Assembly: GCA_963729015.1 (NCBI GenBank)
Contig: CAVSMJ010000007.1
Location: 13,094-77,093 of the forward strand
Direction: 5' to 3'
Source of the DNA: an uncultured Actinomycetota bacterium
GTDB taxonomy: Bacteria > Actinomycetota > Actinomycetes > Propionibacteriales > Nocardioidaceae
Length of the DNA: 64,000 nucleotides
Shown one piece after another: positions 34,140-44,792 of the stretch. Each line of letters begins with the position of its first letter. Positions within the stretch are counted from its first letter, which is position 1. Under the pieces are notes generated by a model. The model was given only the letters and a program-made list of their open reading frames with translations. It was not told the origin of the DNA and did not search any database. Both the position numbers and the translations under genes were made by a program.

Positions 34140-34496
34140 TCGTCTGGTCCTTCTCGGTCTAGCTGGTCCTCGAGGTGGAAGATCTCCGCGAGCTGGGTGA
34201 AGCCGGTGTCGGGGCGTGCGTCGCCGAGGTCGGCGAAGAACTCGGCCATCTCCGCCTGCCAGCGGGCGTTGACGTCCGTCGCCTCCATCCCGGCGAGGGC
34301 GGCCTGGAGATCGGGAGTCTCGAAGTACCCGATCAGCAGGCCGTCCTCACGCAGGAACAGCGAGTAGTTGTGCCAGCCGGTCGACGACAGTGCGCGGAGC
34401 ATGTCCGGCCACACGGCGGCGTGCCGCCGGGTGTACTCCTCGAGGCGGTCAGGCCTCACCTGGAGCTGGAAGCACACCCGTTGCAGCTCCGGGCAC
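34136..34496 (-). CDS. rhaM: L-rhamnose mutarotase
   Basis: QRVCFQLQVRPDRLEEYTRRHAAVWP, WHNYSLFL, VNARWQAEMAEFF; start approximate. Confidence 0.9.
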
Positions 34497-34514
34497 TGTC
34501 GTCGACCCGCTCGC

Positions 34515-35555
34515 TCAGAACTTGAACTGGTCGATGTTGCTCGGCGTTGAACTTGAACGGGTCGCCCAGCAGGACGACGCTGTCCGCGCCGACGGTGAAG
34601 TCGCCGAGCTTGCCGGCCTTGAACTTGTCGCCCTCCTTGCCGGTGATGTCGCCCTTGACCAGCGCGTCCGCGGCGTACGCCGCAAGGAAGCCGAGGTCCT
34701 CGGGGTTCCACAGCGCGAACTCCTTGACGGTGCCGTCCTTGACGTACTTGCGCATCAGGTCCGGGGTGCCGAGCCCGGTCAGCATGACCTTGCCCTTGGA
34801 GGACGAGGTCGACAGGTAGCGAGCCGCAGCCGCGATGCCGACCGTGGTCGGCGAGATGATCCCCTTCAGGTTGGGGTGCTTCTGCAGCAGCGCCGCGGTC
34901 TTGTCGAACGACTTCTGGTCGTCGTCGTCGCCGTACGCCGTCTCGACGAGCTTGATCTTCGGGTGGTTCGCGAGCTCCTTCTTCATCACGTCGATCCAGG
35001 CGTTCTGGTTGGTCGCGTTGGCGGTGGCCGAGAGGATCGCGATCTCGCCGGCGTCACCGATCTGGTCGGCGATCATGTCGACCTGGACCTTGCCGATGCC
35101 CTCGGTGTTGGCCGGGCTGATGAAGACGTCGCGGCAGGTCGGGTCGGTGTCGGAGTCGAAGGTGACGACCTTGGTGCCGGCGTCCTTGGCCTGGTTGAGC
35201 GAGTCGCACAGGGCCTTCGGGTCGTTGGCGGAGACCACGATCGCGCTGGTGTGCTTCTGGGCCTCGGTGTCGATGTACTGCGCCTGCGCGTCGGGGCTGC
35301 CCCTCCTGCGGGCCGACCTCGGAGTACTTGCCGCCGAGCTCCTCGACGGCCTTCTTGCCGCCGGCGTCGCTGGTGTCGAAGTAGGGGTTGCCGAGGTTCT
35401 TCGGGATGAAGGTGATCGACGCCTCCTTGGAGCCGCTGCCGCTGCTCGCCGCTGTCGCCGCTGTCGCCGCTCCCCTTGCCGCAACCGCTGACGGCCAGCG
35501 CCAGCGCCAGGGATGCGGCCGCAAAGCCGGCGATCCTCTTTCTGCTGATCAACAT
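34515..35555 (-). CDS. rhaS: Rhamnose ABC transporter substrate-binding lipoprotein, frameshifted
   Basis: Lipobox LAVSGC, FIPKNLGNPYF, SANDP, VVTFDSD, ATNQNAWI, IISPTTVGIAAAA, ALWNPEDLG. Confidence 0.9.
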
Positions 35556-35560
35556 GTTCG

Positions 35561-36640
35561 TTACCTCTCCTGGTTTCCAACGCCCGCTGGCGTGAGCTGG
35601 GGACCGGACGAGGTCGCCCGGTCCCGGTTGTGGCGCCTGGCAGTGGCGTCGGAGATCCACGCCAGGACACTGGTGGACATCACCGAGGCGACGAGCAGCA
35701 GCCCGATGATGATGTTGACGATGTTCACGGTCACGCCCTGCAGTCGCAGCGCGCTGGACAGCACCCCGATCAGGAGCACGCCCGCGATGACGCCGACGAC
35801 CTTGCCGCGGCCCCCGAAGATGGAGACGCCGCCGAGCAGGACCGCCGCGATCACCTGGAGCTCGAGTCCGGTCGCGTTGTCGCCGCGCGCGGTCGTGAAC
35901 CGCAGCGTGAAGTAGATCCCGGCGAGTGGCCGAGACCAGGCCGGAGAACAGGAACAGCGTGAACTTGGTGCGGGCGACCGGCACTCCGGTGAACTGCGCC
36001 GCCTCCGTGTTCAGGCCGATGTCGTAGACGCCGCGGCCGAACGGCGGAGAAGTGCAGCAGCCAGGTGAACAGGACCGCGAGCACCGACGAAGACCGCGAC
36101 GATGAGCGGGATGCCGGTGCCGCCGATCTCCTGCTTGGCGAGGTCGCTCCACTTGTCGGGGAACTCGGTGACGGCCTTGGTGCCGAGCACGCCGACGGCG
36201 ATGCCTCGGAAGAGGGCCAGCGTGCCGATGGTGACGGCGAGCGACGGGAGTCCGACGTACGCCACCAGGAAGCCGTTGAGCGCACCGCAGGCCAGGCCGA
36301 CCAGCAGCGCAGCGAGCGCGGCGACCGGCACCGAGCTGCCGTGGTCGACGAGCGTGCCGAGCATGACGCTGCTCAGTCCCACCACGCTGGCGACGGAGAG
36401 GTCGATCTCCCCGGTCACGATGATCAGCGTCATCGGCAGCGCGATCAGCAGGATCGGCGCGATGTCGAGGAACAGGTAGGTCATCGTCAGCTGGCTGGCG
36501 AAGTAGGACACGAAGTTGATCGCCCACACCAGCACCACGACGAGCAGCGCGATCACCGCCGCCTCGCGGGAGACCAGCAGCCGCCGCCAGAGGGGCTGGG
36601 CGTGGAAGGGGTAGGTGCGGCTCACTTCGGGTGACGTCAT
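35561..36640 (-). CDS. Sugar ABC transporter permease (rhamnose), frameshifted
   Basis: GEIDLSVAS, PSLAVTIGTLALFRG, GLELQVIAAVLLGGVSIFGGRG. Confidence 0.9.
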
Positions 36641-37718
36641 GACTCGTCCCTCGCCTCGATCAGCTGTCGTTCGCGTCGCAGGCTGAGCACCCGGTCGAGC
36701 GCGATCGCGCTGAGGATCAGGGCGCCGACGAGCGCCTGCTGCCAGAAGTCGGGGATGCCGAGGATCGGCAGCACCCGGTTGATGGTGACCAGGAGGATCG
36801 CGCCGATCGCCGCGCCCCAGACGGTGCCGCTGCCGCCGAAGATCGCGACGCCGCCGACCACCACGGCCGCGACGGCCTGGAGCTCGATGCCGGTGCCGGC
36901 GCCCGAGCTGACGCTGCCGTAGCGGGCGGCGAAGACGACGCCGGCGAGACCGGCGAGCGCGCCGCTGAGCACGAACGCGCCGATCACGCGGCGACGGACG
37001 TTCAGTCCGTAGAGGACCGCCGCGTCCGGGTCGGAGCCGATCGCGTAGAGCTCACGACCGCCGCGTGCGGTGTGCAGGTAGTAGCCGACCACGCAGACGA
37101 CCACCATCGCCACGATGAACAGCACCGGGATCGACAGGATCGTCTTGGTGCCGAGGTTGCCGAAGGAGTCGGGCAGGTCCGAGGCGTTGATCCGGTTGCT
37201 GCCGGCCCAGCTGAGCACGACGCCGCGGTAGATGTAGAGCGTGCCGAGCGTGATCACCAGCGCGGGCACCTGGCCGTAGCCGACGAGCAGGCCGTTGATC
37301 AGTCCGAGCACGGCGCCCGGCGAGCACGCCGGCGAGGATCACCGCGACGATCGGGCAGCCCGGTGTCGATGAACAGCCGCCCGGTGAGGTACGCCGTGAG
37401 GCCGAGCACCGAGCCCACCGAGAGGTCCACGTTGCGCGTGATGATGACGACGCACTGGCCGGCCGCGAGGAGCAGCAGCACCGACGGGGTGAGCAGCAGG
37501 TCGCGCCAGCTGTTGGAGCTGAACAGGAAGCTCGGGCTCTTGATCGTCGCCGCGGCGATGACCAGCACGAGCACCAGCAGGATCGAGGCCTCGCGGGAAC
37601 GGACGAGCGGTCTCGAAGGCGCGGCGTCCCGGCGACAGCTGCGCTCGGGGCGACCAGCTCGGCGTGGGCGTGCTCGGTCGTCGACTCGGCTCTCGGTCTG
37701 CTTGTCGGTGTCGATCAC
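36637..37718 (-). CDS. Sugar ABC transporter permease (rhamnose), frameshifted
   Basis: [55 protein letters not shown]. Confidence 0.9.
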
Positions 37719-39238
37719 GCCCGCACCTCCCTCGTCTGGGTGGCAGCGCGCATCACGTTCTCCGGGGTGGCGTCGTCGCGGTCGATGTCGGCGGTGAGTC
37801 GGCCCTCGCTGACGACGAGGACCCGGTCGGCCATCCCGAGGACCTCGGGGAGCTCGGAGGAGATCATCAGGATCGCCATGCCCTGGCCGGCCAGCTCGGA
37901 GAGCAGCCGGTGCACCTCGGCCTTGGTGCCGACGTCGATGCCGCGCGTCGGCTCGTCGATGATCAGCAGGCGCGGTTCGGTGGCCAGCCACTTGGCGATG
38001 ACGACCTTCTGCTGGTTGCCGCCGCTCATGGTGGTGGCGTTCATGTCGAGGGCGTTGGTCTTCACCTCGAGGCGTCGAGGCCCACGGGCCCGACGCCTGG
38101 TTCTCCGCACGCTGGGTGAGGATCCCGGCCCTGGACAGTCGACCGCGGATCACACCGGCCACGTTGCGCGAGACCGACGCGTCGATGACCAGCCCCTGCT
38201 TGCGGCGGTCCTCGGGGATGAACGCCATCCCGGCCCGGATCGCGGCGCGCGGGCTGCGCGGCGGCACCGGCTTGCCCAGGAGGGTCACCGATCCCGGTGT
38301 CGTAGCCGTCGACGCCGAACACGGCCCGGGCGATCTCGCTGCGCCCCGCGCCGACCAGGCCCGCCAGCCCGACGATCTCGCCGGCGCGGACCTCGAAGCT
38401 CACGTCGTGGAAGACGCCCGACGGAGCCGAGGTGGCTCACGGCCGAGGACCGGCTCGCCCACCGAGGCAGGGGTCTTCGGGAACAGGTCGCCGACCTCGC
38501 GGCCGACCATCAGGGCGACCAGCCGGTCGATGTCGGTGTCCGCGACCGCGGAGCGTGTCGACGTACTCGCCGTCGCGCATCACCGTCACGGTGTCGCACA
38601 GCTCGAAGACCTCGTCGAACCGGTGCGAGATGAACACCAGCGCGCGGCCCTCGTCGCGCAGGCGGCGGGCGACGGCGAAGAGCCGCTCGACCTCGACGCC
38701 GCTGAGCGCCGCCGTCGGCTCGTCCATGATCAGCACCCGGGCGTCGAGCGAGATGGCCTTGGCGATCTCGATGATCTGCTGGTCGGCGATCGACAGGCCG
38801 AGCGCCGGGCGACGCGGGTCGATGTGCACGCCCAGCCCGGCGAAGAGGCGCTCCGCCTCGGCGTACATCGCGCCGCGGTCGATCCGGCGGCCCGACGCCG
38901 AGGATCTGGCGGCCCATGAAGATGTTCTCGGTGACCGAGAGGTCGGGGAACAGCGTCGGCTCCTGGTAGATCACCGCGACGCCGGCGGCCTTGGACTCGG
39001 CGGTCGAGGAGAAGTCGACGCTCTCGCCGTCGAGCAGGAACTCGCCGCCGTCGCGGCGGTAGACCCCGGCCACGACCTTGACCAGCGTGGACTTGCCGGC
39101 GCCGTTCTCCCCCACCAGCGCGTGGATCGAGCCGGCCTCCACCCGGAGCGACCCCGAGCGCAGCGCCTGGACGGCGCCGAACGACTTGACGACGCCGCGC
39201 AGCTCCAGCGAGGCGGGGCGGGTCGGGGTGTCGACCAT
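37715..39238 (-). CDS. Sugar ABC transporter ATP-binding protein (two NBDs), frameshifted
   Basis: [54 protein letters not shown]. Confidence 0.9.
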
Positions 39239-39260
39239 GCTGGTGGGTTCCGTTCGCCGA

Positions 39261-39274
39261 TTGAAAGGTTTCAA
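39261..39274. promoter_or_regulatory. LacI-type operator upstream of the rhamnose operon
   Basis: TTGAAAGGTTTCAA, one mismatch to the palindrome TTGAAACGTTTCAA; relatives at 39372-39385 and 41742-41755. Confidence 0.75.
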
Positions 39275-39292
39275 AATCTGGGCTTGACGCTA

Positions 39293-39308
39293 GGTGACGG
39301 CCGTCACA
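39293..39308. promoter_or_regulatory. CRP/GlxR-like site in the rha divergent promoter
   Basis: GGTGA-cggccg-TCACA versus consensus TGTGA-N6-TCACA. Confidence 0.55.
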
Positions 39309-39371
39309 GGTGTCAAGTACCGTTACCGAATCCACACTGAAAACGGCTGCTCCACGTCGAGCCGCTAGCAT

Positions 39372-39385
39372 TTGCGACGTTTCAA
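39372..39385. promoter_or_regulatory. Weaker LacI-type operator upstream of the regulator gene
   Basis: TTGCGACGTTTCAA. Confidence 0.55.
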
Positions 39386-39416
39386 GGCGAGCCCTCCCGG
39401 GCCGCGGAGCCCGGAG

Positions 39417-40453
39417 GTGAGCGACGACTCCCGGTCGGCGTCTCGGTCAAGGACGTCGCCGCCGCCGCCCAGGTCTCGCTCGGCACCGTCTCCAACGTGC
39501 TCAACCGCCCCGAGGTGGTCAGCACGGCCACCCGGGAGCGCGTCGAGCGCGCCATGGCCGACCTCGGCTTCGTGCGCAACGAGTTCGCGCGCCAGCTCCG
39601 GATGGGCACCAGCCGCACGCTCGCCTACGTGATGCTCGACGCCACCAACCCGTTCTTCACCGACGTCGCCCAGGGCATCGAGCTCGCGGCCGAGGGTGCC
39701 GACATGTCGGTGGTGATCTGCAACAGCAACAACCGCGCGGTCCGCGAGCAGGCCCACCTCGCCGCCCTGATGGAGCAGCGCGTCCTCGGCATCCTGCTGA
39801 CGCCGATGGACGCCAACGCTCCCTGGCTCGACGCCGTCGCCGACCGCGGGGTCCCGCTGGTGATCGTCGACCGCACGCGCGACGACGACCGGTTCTGCTC
39901 GGTCGCGGTCGACGACGTCCTCGGCGGCCGCCTCGCGATCGAGCACCTCATCGACCAGGGCCACACCCGGGTGGCCTTCATCGGCGGCCCGAGCACGCTG
40001 GGCCAGGTCAGGGAGCGTCACGCCGGGGCGCGCGAGGCCTGGAGCGAGGCCGGTCTGCCCGACGAGGACCTGATCGAGCTGCCCATCGCGTCGCTGTCCG
40101 TGGCCGAGGGACGCGGCGCCGGCGAGCGGCTGGCCGGCCTGCCCGCGTCACGGCGCCCGACGGCGGCGTTCTGCGCCAACGACATCACCGCACTGGGCCT
40201 GCTCCAGGCGGCCATCGGCGCCGGCTGGCGGGTGCCCTCCGACCTCGCCATCGTGGGGTACGACGACATCGAGTTCGCCTCGGCCGCAGCGGTCCCGCTC
40301 ACCTCGGTCCGGCAGCCCCGTGGCGAGCTCGGCCGCACCGCCGCCCAGCTGCTCCTCTCGGAGACCAGCGACGAGGCGCACCTGCACCAGCGGGTCGTGT
40401 TCCGCCCCGAGCTCGTGGCGCGGGCCTCGACGCTGGCCGGGCCGTCGGCCTAG
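39417..40453 (+). CDS. LacI family regulator of rhamnose genes (N-terminal indel)
   Basis: SVKDVAAAAQVSLGTVSNVLN HTH, NPFFTDV, FCANDITALG, AIVGYDDI, LTSVRQP; divergent from the rha ABC genes. Confidence 0.9.
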
Positions 40454-41721
40454 CAGACCAGCTCGGGTTCGCGCTCGCGCTCGATCTCCTTCAACGACTT
40501 GCCCTGCGTGTGCGGAGCCCAGATCGCTCCGACGACGAGCGCGACCAGCAGCGAGCCGAGCAGGATCGTCCCCACGAACGGCACGCCCTGGTGGGTGAGC
40601 AGCGTCGGGAACACGTAGCTCAGGCCACCGACCGCGCACCGGGCCGCGAAGAACAGCAGCCCTGGGCGGTCGCCCGGTAGCGCGTCGCGAACAGCTCGCT
40701 GGTCCACACGCTGTAGAAGGCCTGGGCGCCGATCCCTGCGGAGATCCCCCAGATCACCGCGAAGCCGAGGAGCACGGGCACGCTCGACCCGGCGTACGAG
40801 ATCAGCGCCCAGGCGCACATGCCCATGACGGCACCGACGACGTAGAGCGTAGCGTCGCTCCACCCGGTCGGCGAGCCGCATGAACACGAAGAAGGTCGAG
40901 AGCGAGGTGCAGCCCCACACCAGCACCTGGAGGCCGTTCTGACCGGCCTCGCTCGAGAGCCCCGCGGCGTCGTACACCCGGGGCATGAAGATGCCGGCCT
41001 GGCCCGCCACCAGGTTCCAGAAGCCGTAGACCCCGAACAGGAACAGCAGCGCGGTCACGTTGGTGCGCTGGGAGACCAGCTCGCGGACGCGGCTCATCCC
41101 CGGGGCGCCGCCCGACTCCTCCTGCTCCTCGGTCCACGCCCGCGACTCGCTCAGCCCCTGGCGGAGCCACCACGTCACGAACGCGACCACGAACAGGTGC
41201 GCGAAGATCAGCCGGCTCCCGAGCAGGCCGAGCGGCACCACCGCGATGGCCAGGGCGAACCCGACCATCGGACCGATCGACCAGGCGAGCTGGGCCGTGC
41301 CGACGTGGCGGGCTCGCTGTTCGGCCGGTGCCTCCTCGGCGATGAACGTCCACGAGGCGGGTACGCCGGCCCCGACGGCCAGACCGGTGATCACGAAGGC
41401 CGCCAGCAGCATTCCGTAGCTGACCGCGAACACCGCCATCGCGACGCCGAGCATGTAGACGAGCAGGTCGTAGGTGTAGATGAACTTGCGCCCGAACCGG
41501 TCACACAGCCAGCCCCCGATGAGGGCTCCGCCTGCCGCGCCGAAGGCGTTGGCGCTGAGCGCCGCGAGCAGTCCGACCGCGAAGTCGTCGAGCCCGAACT
41601 CCTTCTGCCACAGCGACAGGCTGACGGCGATCGCGATGATCGAGCCGGCCTCGATGTAGTTCGACATGGCGACCGAGACCGTCGCTCGCCATCCGGTCGT
41701 CTCCTTCGCACCGAGTTGCAT
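40450..41721 (-). CDS. MFS sugar transporter (IolF/RhaY-like), frameshifted
   Basis: MSNYIEAGSIIA, GGWLCDRFGRK, SWTFIAEEAP, SELFATRYRATAQG, PHTQGKSL. Confidence 0.85.
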   Translation of the reverse strand: MQLGAKETTGWRATVSVAMSNYIEAGSIIAIAVSLSLWQKEFGLDDFAVGLLAALSANAFGAAGGALIGGWLCDRFGRKFIYTYDLLVYMLGVAMAVFAVSYGMLLAAFVITGLAVGAGVPASWTFIAEEAPAEQRARHVGTAQLAWSIGPMVGFALAIAVVPLGLLGSRLIFAHLFVVAFVTWWLRQGLSESRAWTEEQEESGGAPGMSRVRELVSQRTNVTALLFLFGVYGFWNLVAGQAGIFMPRVYDAAGLSSEAGQNGLQVLVWGCTSLSTFFVFMRLADRVERRYALRRRCRHGHVRLGADLVRRVERARAPRLRGDLGDLRRDRRPGLLQRVDQRAVRDALPGDRPGLLFFAARCAVGGLSYVFPTLLTHQGVPFVGTILLGSLLVALVVGAIWAPHTQGKSLKEIEREREPELVC

Positions 41722-41741
41722 GCCAGGTCCCGTACCCCGCC

Positions 41742-41755
41742 TTGAATCGTTTTAA
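41742..41755. promoter_or_regulatory. LacI-type operator upstream of the MFS sugar transporter
   Basis: TTGAATCGTTTTAA, 20 nt upstream of the ATG at 41721. Confidence 0.6.
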
Positions 41756-41812
41756 TCATCGGCGCCCTCCCCCGCCGGGCTGCCCGGGCGCGGGTGTCCT
41801 ACGGTGTTCGGC

Positions 41813-42595
41813 ATGCTTTTTTCCCGGATCGTCCGAGTTGCTGCCCCCGTCGCGGCCGTCTCCCTGCTCGTCCCCCTGGCCGGCTCGGTGCCCACCGCGT
41901 CCGCGTCGGAGAGCCACCCGACCAACGCCGCGAAGGTCTTCCGCTGGGGCAACGCGAGCGTGAAGGACGAGTTCAAGGCGCCGCTCGCGAAGCGCTGGAA
42001 GGTGAACAAGCCACGCCTCGTGCGCAACCAGCACGGCATGCTCACCCTCGACTCGACGCGGAGGAGCGGCACCGTCAGCGCCACCCTCACCGGTAGCCCC
42101 CGGCGCTACGGCCGGTGGGAGGCCCGCGTCCGCAGCCGGCAGTACGGCGGAGCCGGCACGCCGTTCCGCGCCATCTGGGAGCTGACCCCCACCAAGAGCA
42201 GCCACTGCGGCGCCCGGGGCGTCGTGCTCAGCGACTACCGGCTGAACGCGCACAGGTCACGGATGCACGCGCGCAACCTGCCGAACCATGACTTCACCAG
42301 CACCAAGCGGCTGGGGCTGAACGACAACCAGTTCCACACCTACGCCATCGAGATCACCCGCCACCACATCTCGTGGTTCGTCGACACCAAGGTGATCCGC
42401 ACCGAACGCCGTCCAGCCGCACGCACCGCAGCGGCGTACAACATGCGCTTCCGGCTGCTGGGGAGGAGCGGCGCCACCATGCGGCAGGGACGGATGCAGA
42501 TGGACTGGGCGCGGTACTACACGCTCGAGCGCCAGAGCGCGAAGTCGATCGCGGCCCCGAGGCTGCATCGCACGTCGTACGCCGGCGCCTGCTGA
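41813..42595 (+). CDS. Secreted GH16-like (ConA-fold) protein lacking the catalytic glutamates
   Basis: Signal peptide ending TASA; DEF, YGRWEARVR, FHTYAIEIT..HISWFVD, MQMDWARYY; no ExDxxE motif. Confidence 0.7.
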   Translation: MLFSRIVRVAAPVAAVSLLVPLAGSVPTASASESHPTNAAKVFRWGNASVKDEFKAPLAKRWKVNKPRLVRNQHGMLTLDSTRRSGTVSATLTGSPRRYGRWEARVRSRQYGGAGTPFRAIWELTPTKSSHCGARGVVLSDYRLNAHRSRMHARNLPNHDFTSTKRLGLNDNQFHTYAIEITRHHISWFVDTKVIRTERRPAARTAAAYNMRFRLLGRSGATMRQGRMQMDWARYYTLERQSAKSIAAPRLHRTSYAGAC

Positions 42596-42596
42596 A

Positions 42597-42613
42597 TCAT
42601 CCGTCGCAGGTGA
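42597..42613. promoter_or_regulatory. Palindromic site TCATCC-N5-AGGTGA upstream of VOC gene (copy 3)
   Basis: tcatcc-gtcgc-aggtga, 35 nt before ATG 42649. Confidence 0.45.
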
Positions 42614-42648
42614 TGCGCCCGGGTCGAAGGGCGCGTTCGGCTGGTGAC

Positions 42649-43227
42649 ATGGACATGAAGCTCGAGGTAGTCACCATTCCCGTCTCTGACGTCGACCGCG
42701 CCAAGGACTTCTACTCCCAGCTGGGATGGAGGCTCGACGAGACGCCGCCCTGGGTCGTGCAGTTCACGCCACCCGGCTCGGAGTGCTCGATCCACTTCGG
42801 CAAGGACCGCACCTCGGCCCCTCCCGGCTCCTTCGAGAACCTGTACCTGGTCGTCTCCGACATCGAGGCGGCCCGCGCCGAGCTGGTCGGCCGGGGCATC
42901 GAGGTCAGCGAGATCTTCCACCCCGGCGACGACGGACCGGTCGACGGACCGGACCCCGAGCGGCGTACCTACTCCTCGCTCGCCACCTTCAGCGACCCGG
43001 ACGGCAACCGCTGGCTGCTGCAGGAGATCACCACGCGGCTCCCCGGTCGCGTGGAGGCGTCGGCCACGACGTTCAGCTCCACCAGCGACCTCGACGACGC
43101 GCTGCGTCGCGCGGCTGCCGCCCACGGCGAGCACGAGAAGCGCACCGGTGAGTACGACGAGCAGTGGGCCGACTGGTACGCCGACTACATGGTCCGCGAA
43201 CGAGCCGGCCAGGAGCTCCCGCTCTGA
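42649..43227 (+). CDS. VOC/glyoxalase family protein with C-terminal helical extension
   Basis: KLEVVTIPVSDVDRAKDFY, VQFTPPGS, FSDPDGNRWLLQEI, then AAAAHGEHEKRTG..WADWYADYM. Confidence 0.9.
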   Translation: MDMKLEVVTIPVSDVDRAKDFYSQLGWRLDETPPWVVQFTPPGSECSIHFGKDRTSAPPGSFENLYLVVSDIEAARAELVGRGIEVSEIFHPGDDGPVDGPDPERRTYSSLATFSDPDGNRWLLQEITTRLPGRVEASATTFSSTSDLDDALRRAAAAHGEHEKRTGEYDEQWADWYADYMVRERAGQELPL

Positions 43228-43240
43228 CCGGCCCGCTCGC

Positions 43241-44713
43241 TCAGGCCGCGTCGAGCACCGGCTCCGGCACGACGACGGGCAGGGGTTCCGCGTCCAGCTC
43301 GTCACGACGGATGAGCGTCAGGGCCGCGAGCAGTCCGACGGCGGCGAAGATCGCGCCGACGACGAACGCCGAGGAGAACCCGTCGACCAGGGCCACCGGC
43401 ACGACCGACCCGGTGGCGAGGGAGTTCTCCGCCCCCGTCGTCGCGATCGTGGAGAGCGCCGCGATGCCGAGCGCGCCGCCGATCTGCTGCGAGGTGTTGA
43501 TCAGCCCTGAGGCCAACCCGGCCTCGGACGCGTTCACCCCGGCCAGGGCCGCGATCGAGATCGGCACGAAGGAGAACCCGATGCCGAGACCGACCAGCAG
43601 GAAGCCGGGCAGCAGGTCGTTGACGTAGCTGCCGCCGACCGACACCTGGGTGAAGAACAGCAGTCCCGCGGTCAGTGCGGCCATCCCGACGACCAGCACC
43701 GGCTTCACCCCGATGCGCGTCACGAGCTGGGCCGCGACGGCCGACCAGATGATCGCCGTACCGGCCACCGCGAGGTAGGCGACGCCCGTCTTCATCGGGG
43801 AGTAGCCGAGCACCTGCTGCATGTAGAGCGTCAGCATCAGGAACATCGAGAACATCGCGGTGCCCATGATGAAGCCGGCGACGTTGGCGCCGCTGACCGT
43901 GCGGGTCCTCAGGATGCCGAAGCGCATCAGCGGGTCGTGGTGCCGCAGCTCCCACGCCACGAAGGCGACGAGCAGCGCGGCGGACACGGCGAACACGCTC
44001 ACGGTCTCGGTCGCCAGCCAGCCGTCCTGGCCGGCCTGGGTGATCGCGTAGACCAGGGACGACAGCCCGCTCGTCACCAGGACGGCGCCGGGCAGGTCGA
44101 AGCTCTTGACCCGGGCGTCGCGGCTCTCCTGGAGGAGAAGCGGCGCCAGCACGAAGCCCGCGACACCGACCGGGACGTTGACGAAGAAGATCCATTCCCA
44201 GCTCAGCGCGTCGGTCAGGACGCCGCCGAGCAGTACGCCGGCCACGGCACCGAAGCCGCCGACCGCACCCCACGCCCCGAGCGCGATGTTGCGCTCACGG
44301 CCTTCGGGGAAGGTCACCGACAGGATCGACAGGGCGGCCGGCGTGATGATCGCCGCGCCCAGGCCCTGGAAGGCGCGGGCCGCGATCAGCGACGGCTCGG
44401 ACCAGGCCAGACCTGCGAGCAGGGAGGCCGCGGTGAACACGACGACCCCGACGAGGAAGAGGCGACGGCGTCCCAGCATGTCGGCGGCCCGGCCACCGAG
44501 CAGCAGGAACCCGCCGAAGACCAGGGCGTAGGCGCTGATGACCCATTGGAGGTCGGCTTGGGAGAAGCCGAGGTCGCTCTTGATGGAGGGCAGAGCGACG
44601 TTCACGATCGCGATGTCGAGGACGACCATGAACTGGACGACGCAGAGGAGTGCGAGGGCCAGCCACGTGCCACGGCTCGTCACCGCTGCAGTTGCTTGCT
44701 TTTGTGAAGTCAT
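43241..44713 (-). CDS. MFS efflux transporter (DHA2/EmrB-QacA)
   Basis: FMVVLDIAIVNVALPSI, GGRAADMLGRRR, WEWIFFVNVPVG; intact ORF. Confidence 0.95.
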   Translation of the reverse strand: MTSQKQATAAVTSRGTWLALALLCVVQFMVVLDIAIVNVALPSIKSDLGFSQADLQWVISAYALVFGGFLLLGGRAADMLGRRRLFLVGVVVFTAASLLAGLAWSEPSLIAARAFQGLGAAIITPAALSILSVTFPEGRERNIALGAWGAVGGFGAVAGVLLGGVLTDALSWEWIFFVNVPVGVAGFVLAPLLLQESRDARVKSFDLPGAVLVTSGLSSLVYAITQAGQDGWLATETVSVFAVSAALLVAFVAWELRHHDPLMRFGILRTRTVSGANVAGFIMGTAMFSMFLMLTLYMQQVLGYSPMKTGVAYLAVAGTAIIWSAVAAQLVTRIGVKPVLVVGMAALTAGLLFFTQVSVGGSYVNDLLPGFLLVGLGIGFSFVPISIAALAGVNASEAGLASGLINTSQQIGGALGIAALSTIATTGAENSLATGSVVPVALVDGFSSAFVVGAIFAAVGLLAALTLIRRDELDAEPLPVVVPEPVLDAA

Positions 44714-44792
44714 GCTTGCGACCGTAACAGCGTCTACTTTAATTTTGCAAGCAGTTTCTTGTAGAATCAGAACCAGGTGGTACTCTTTCGGC

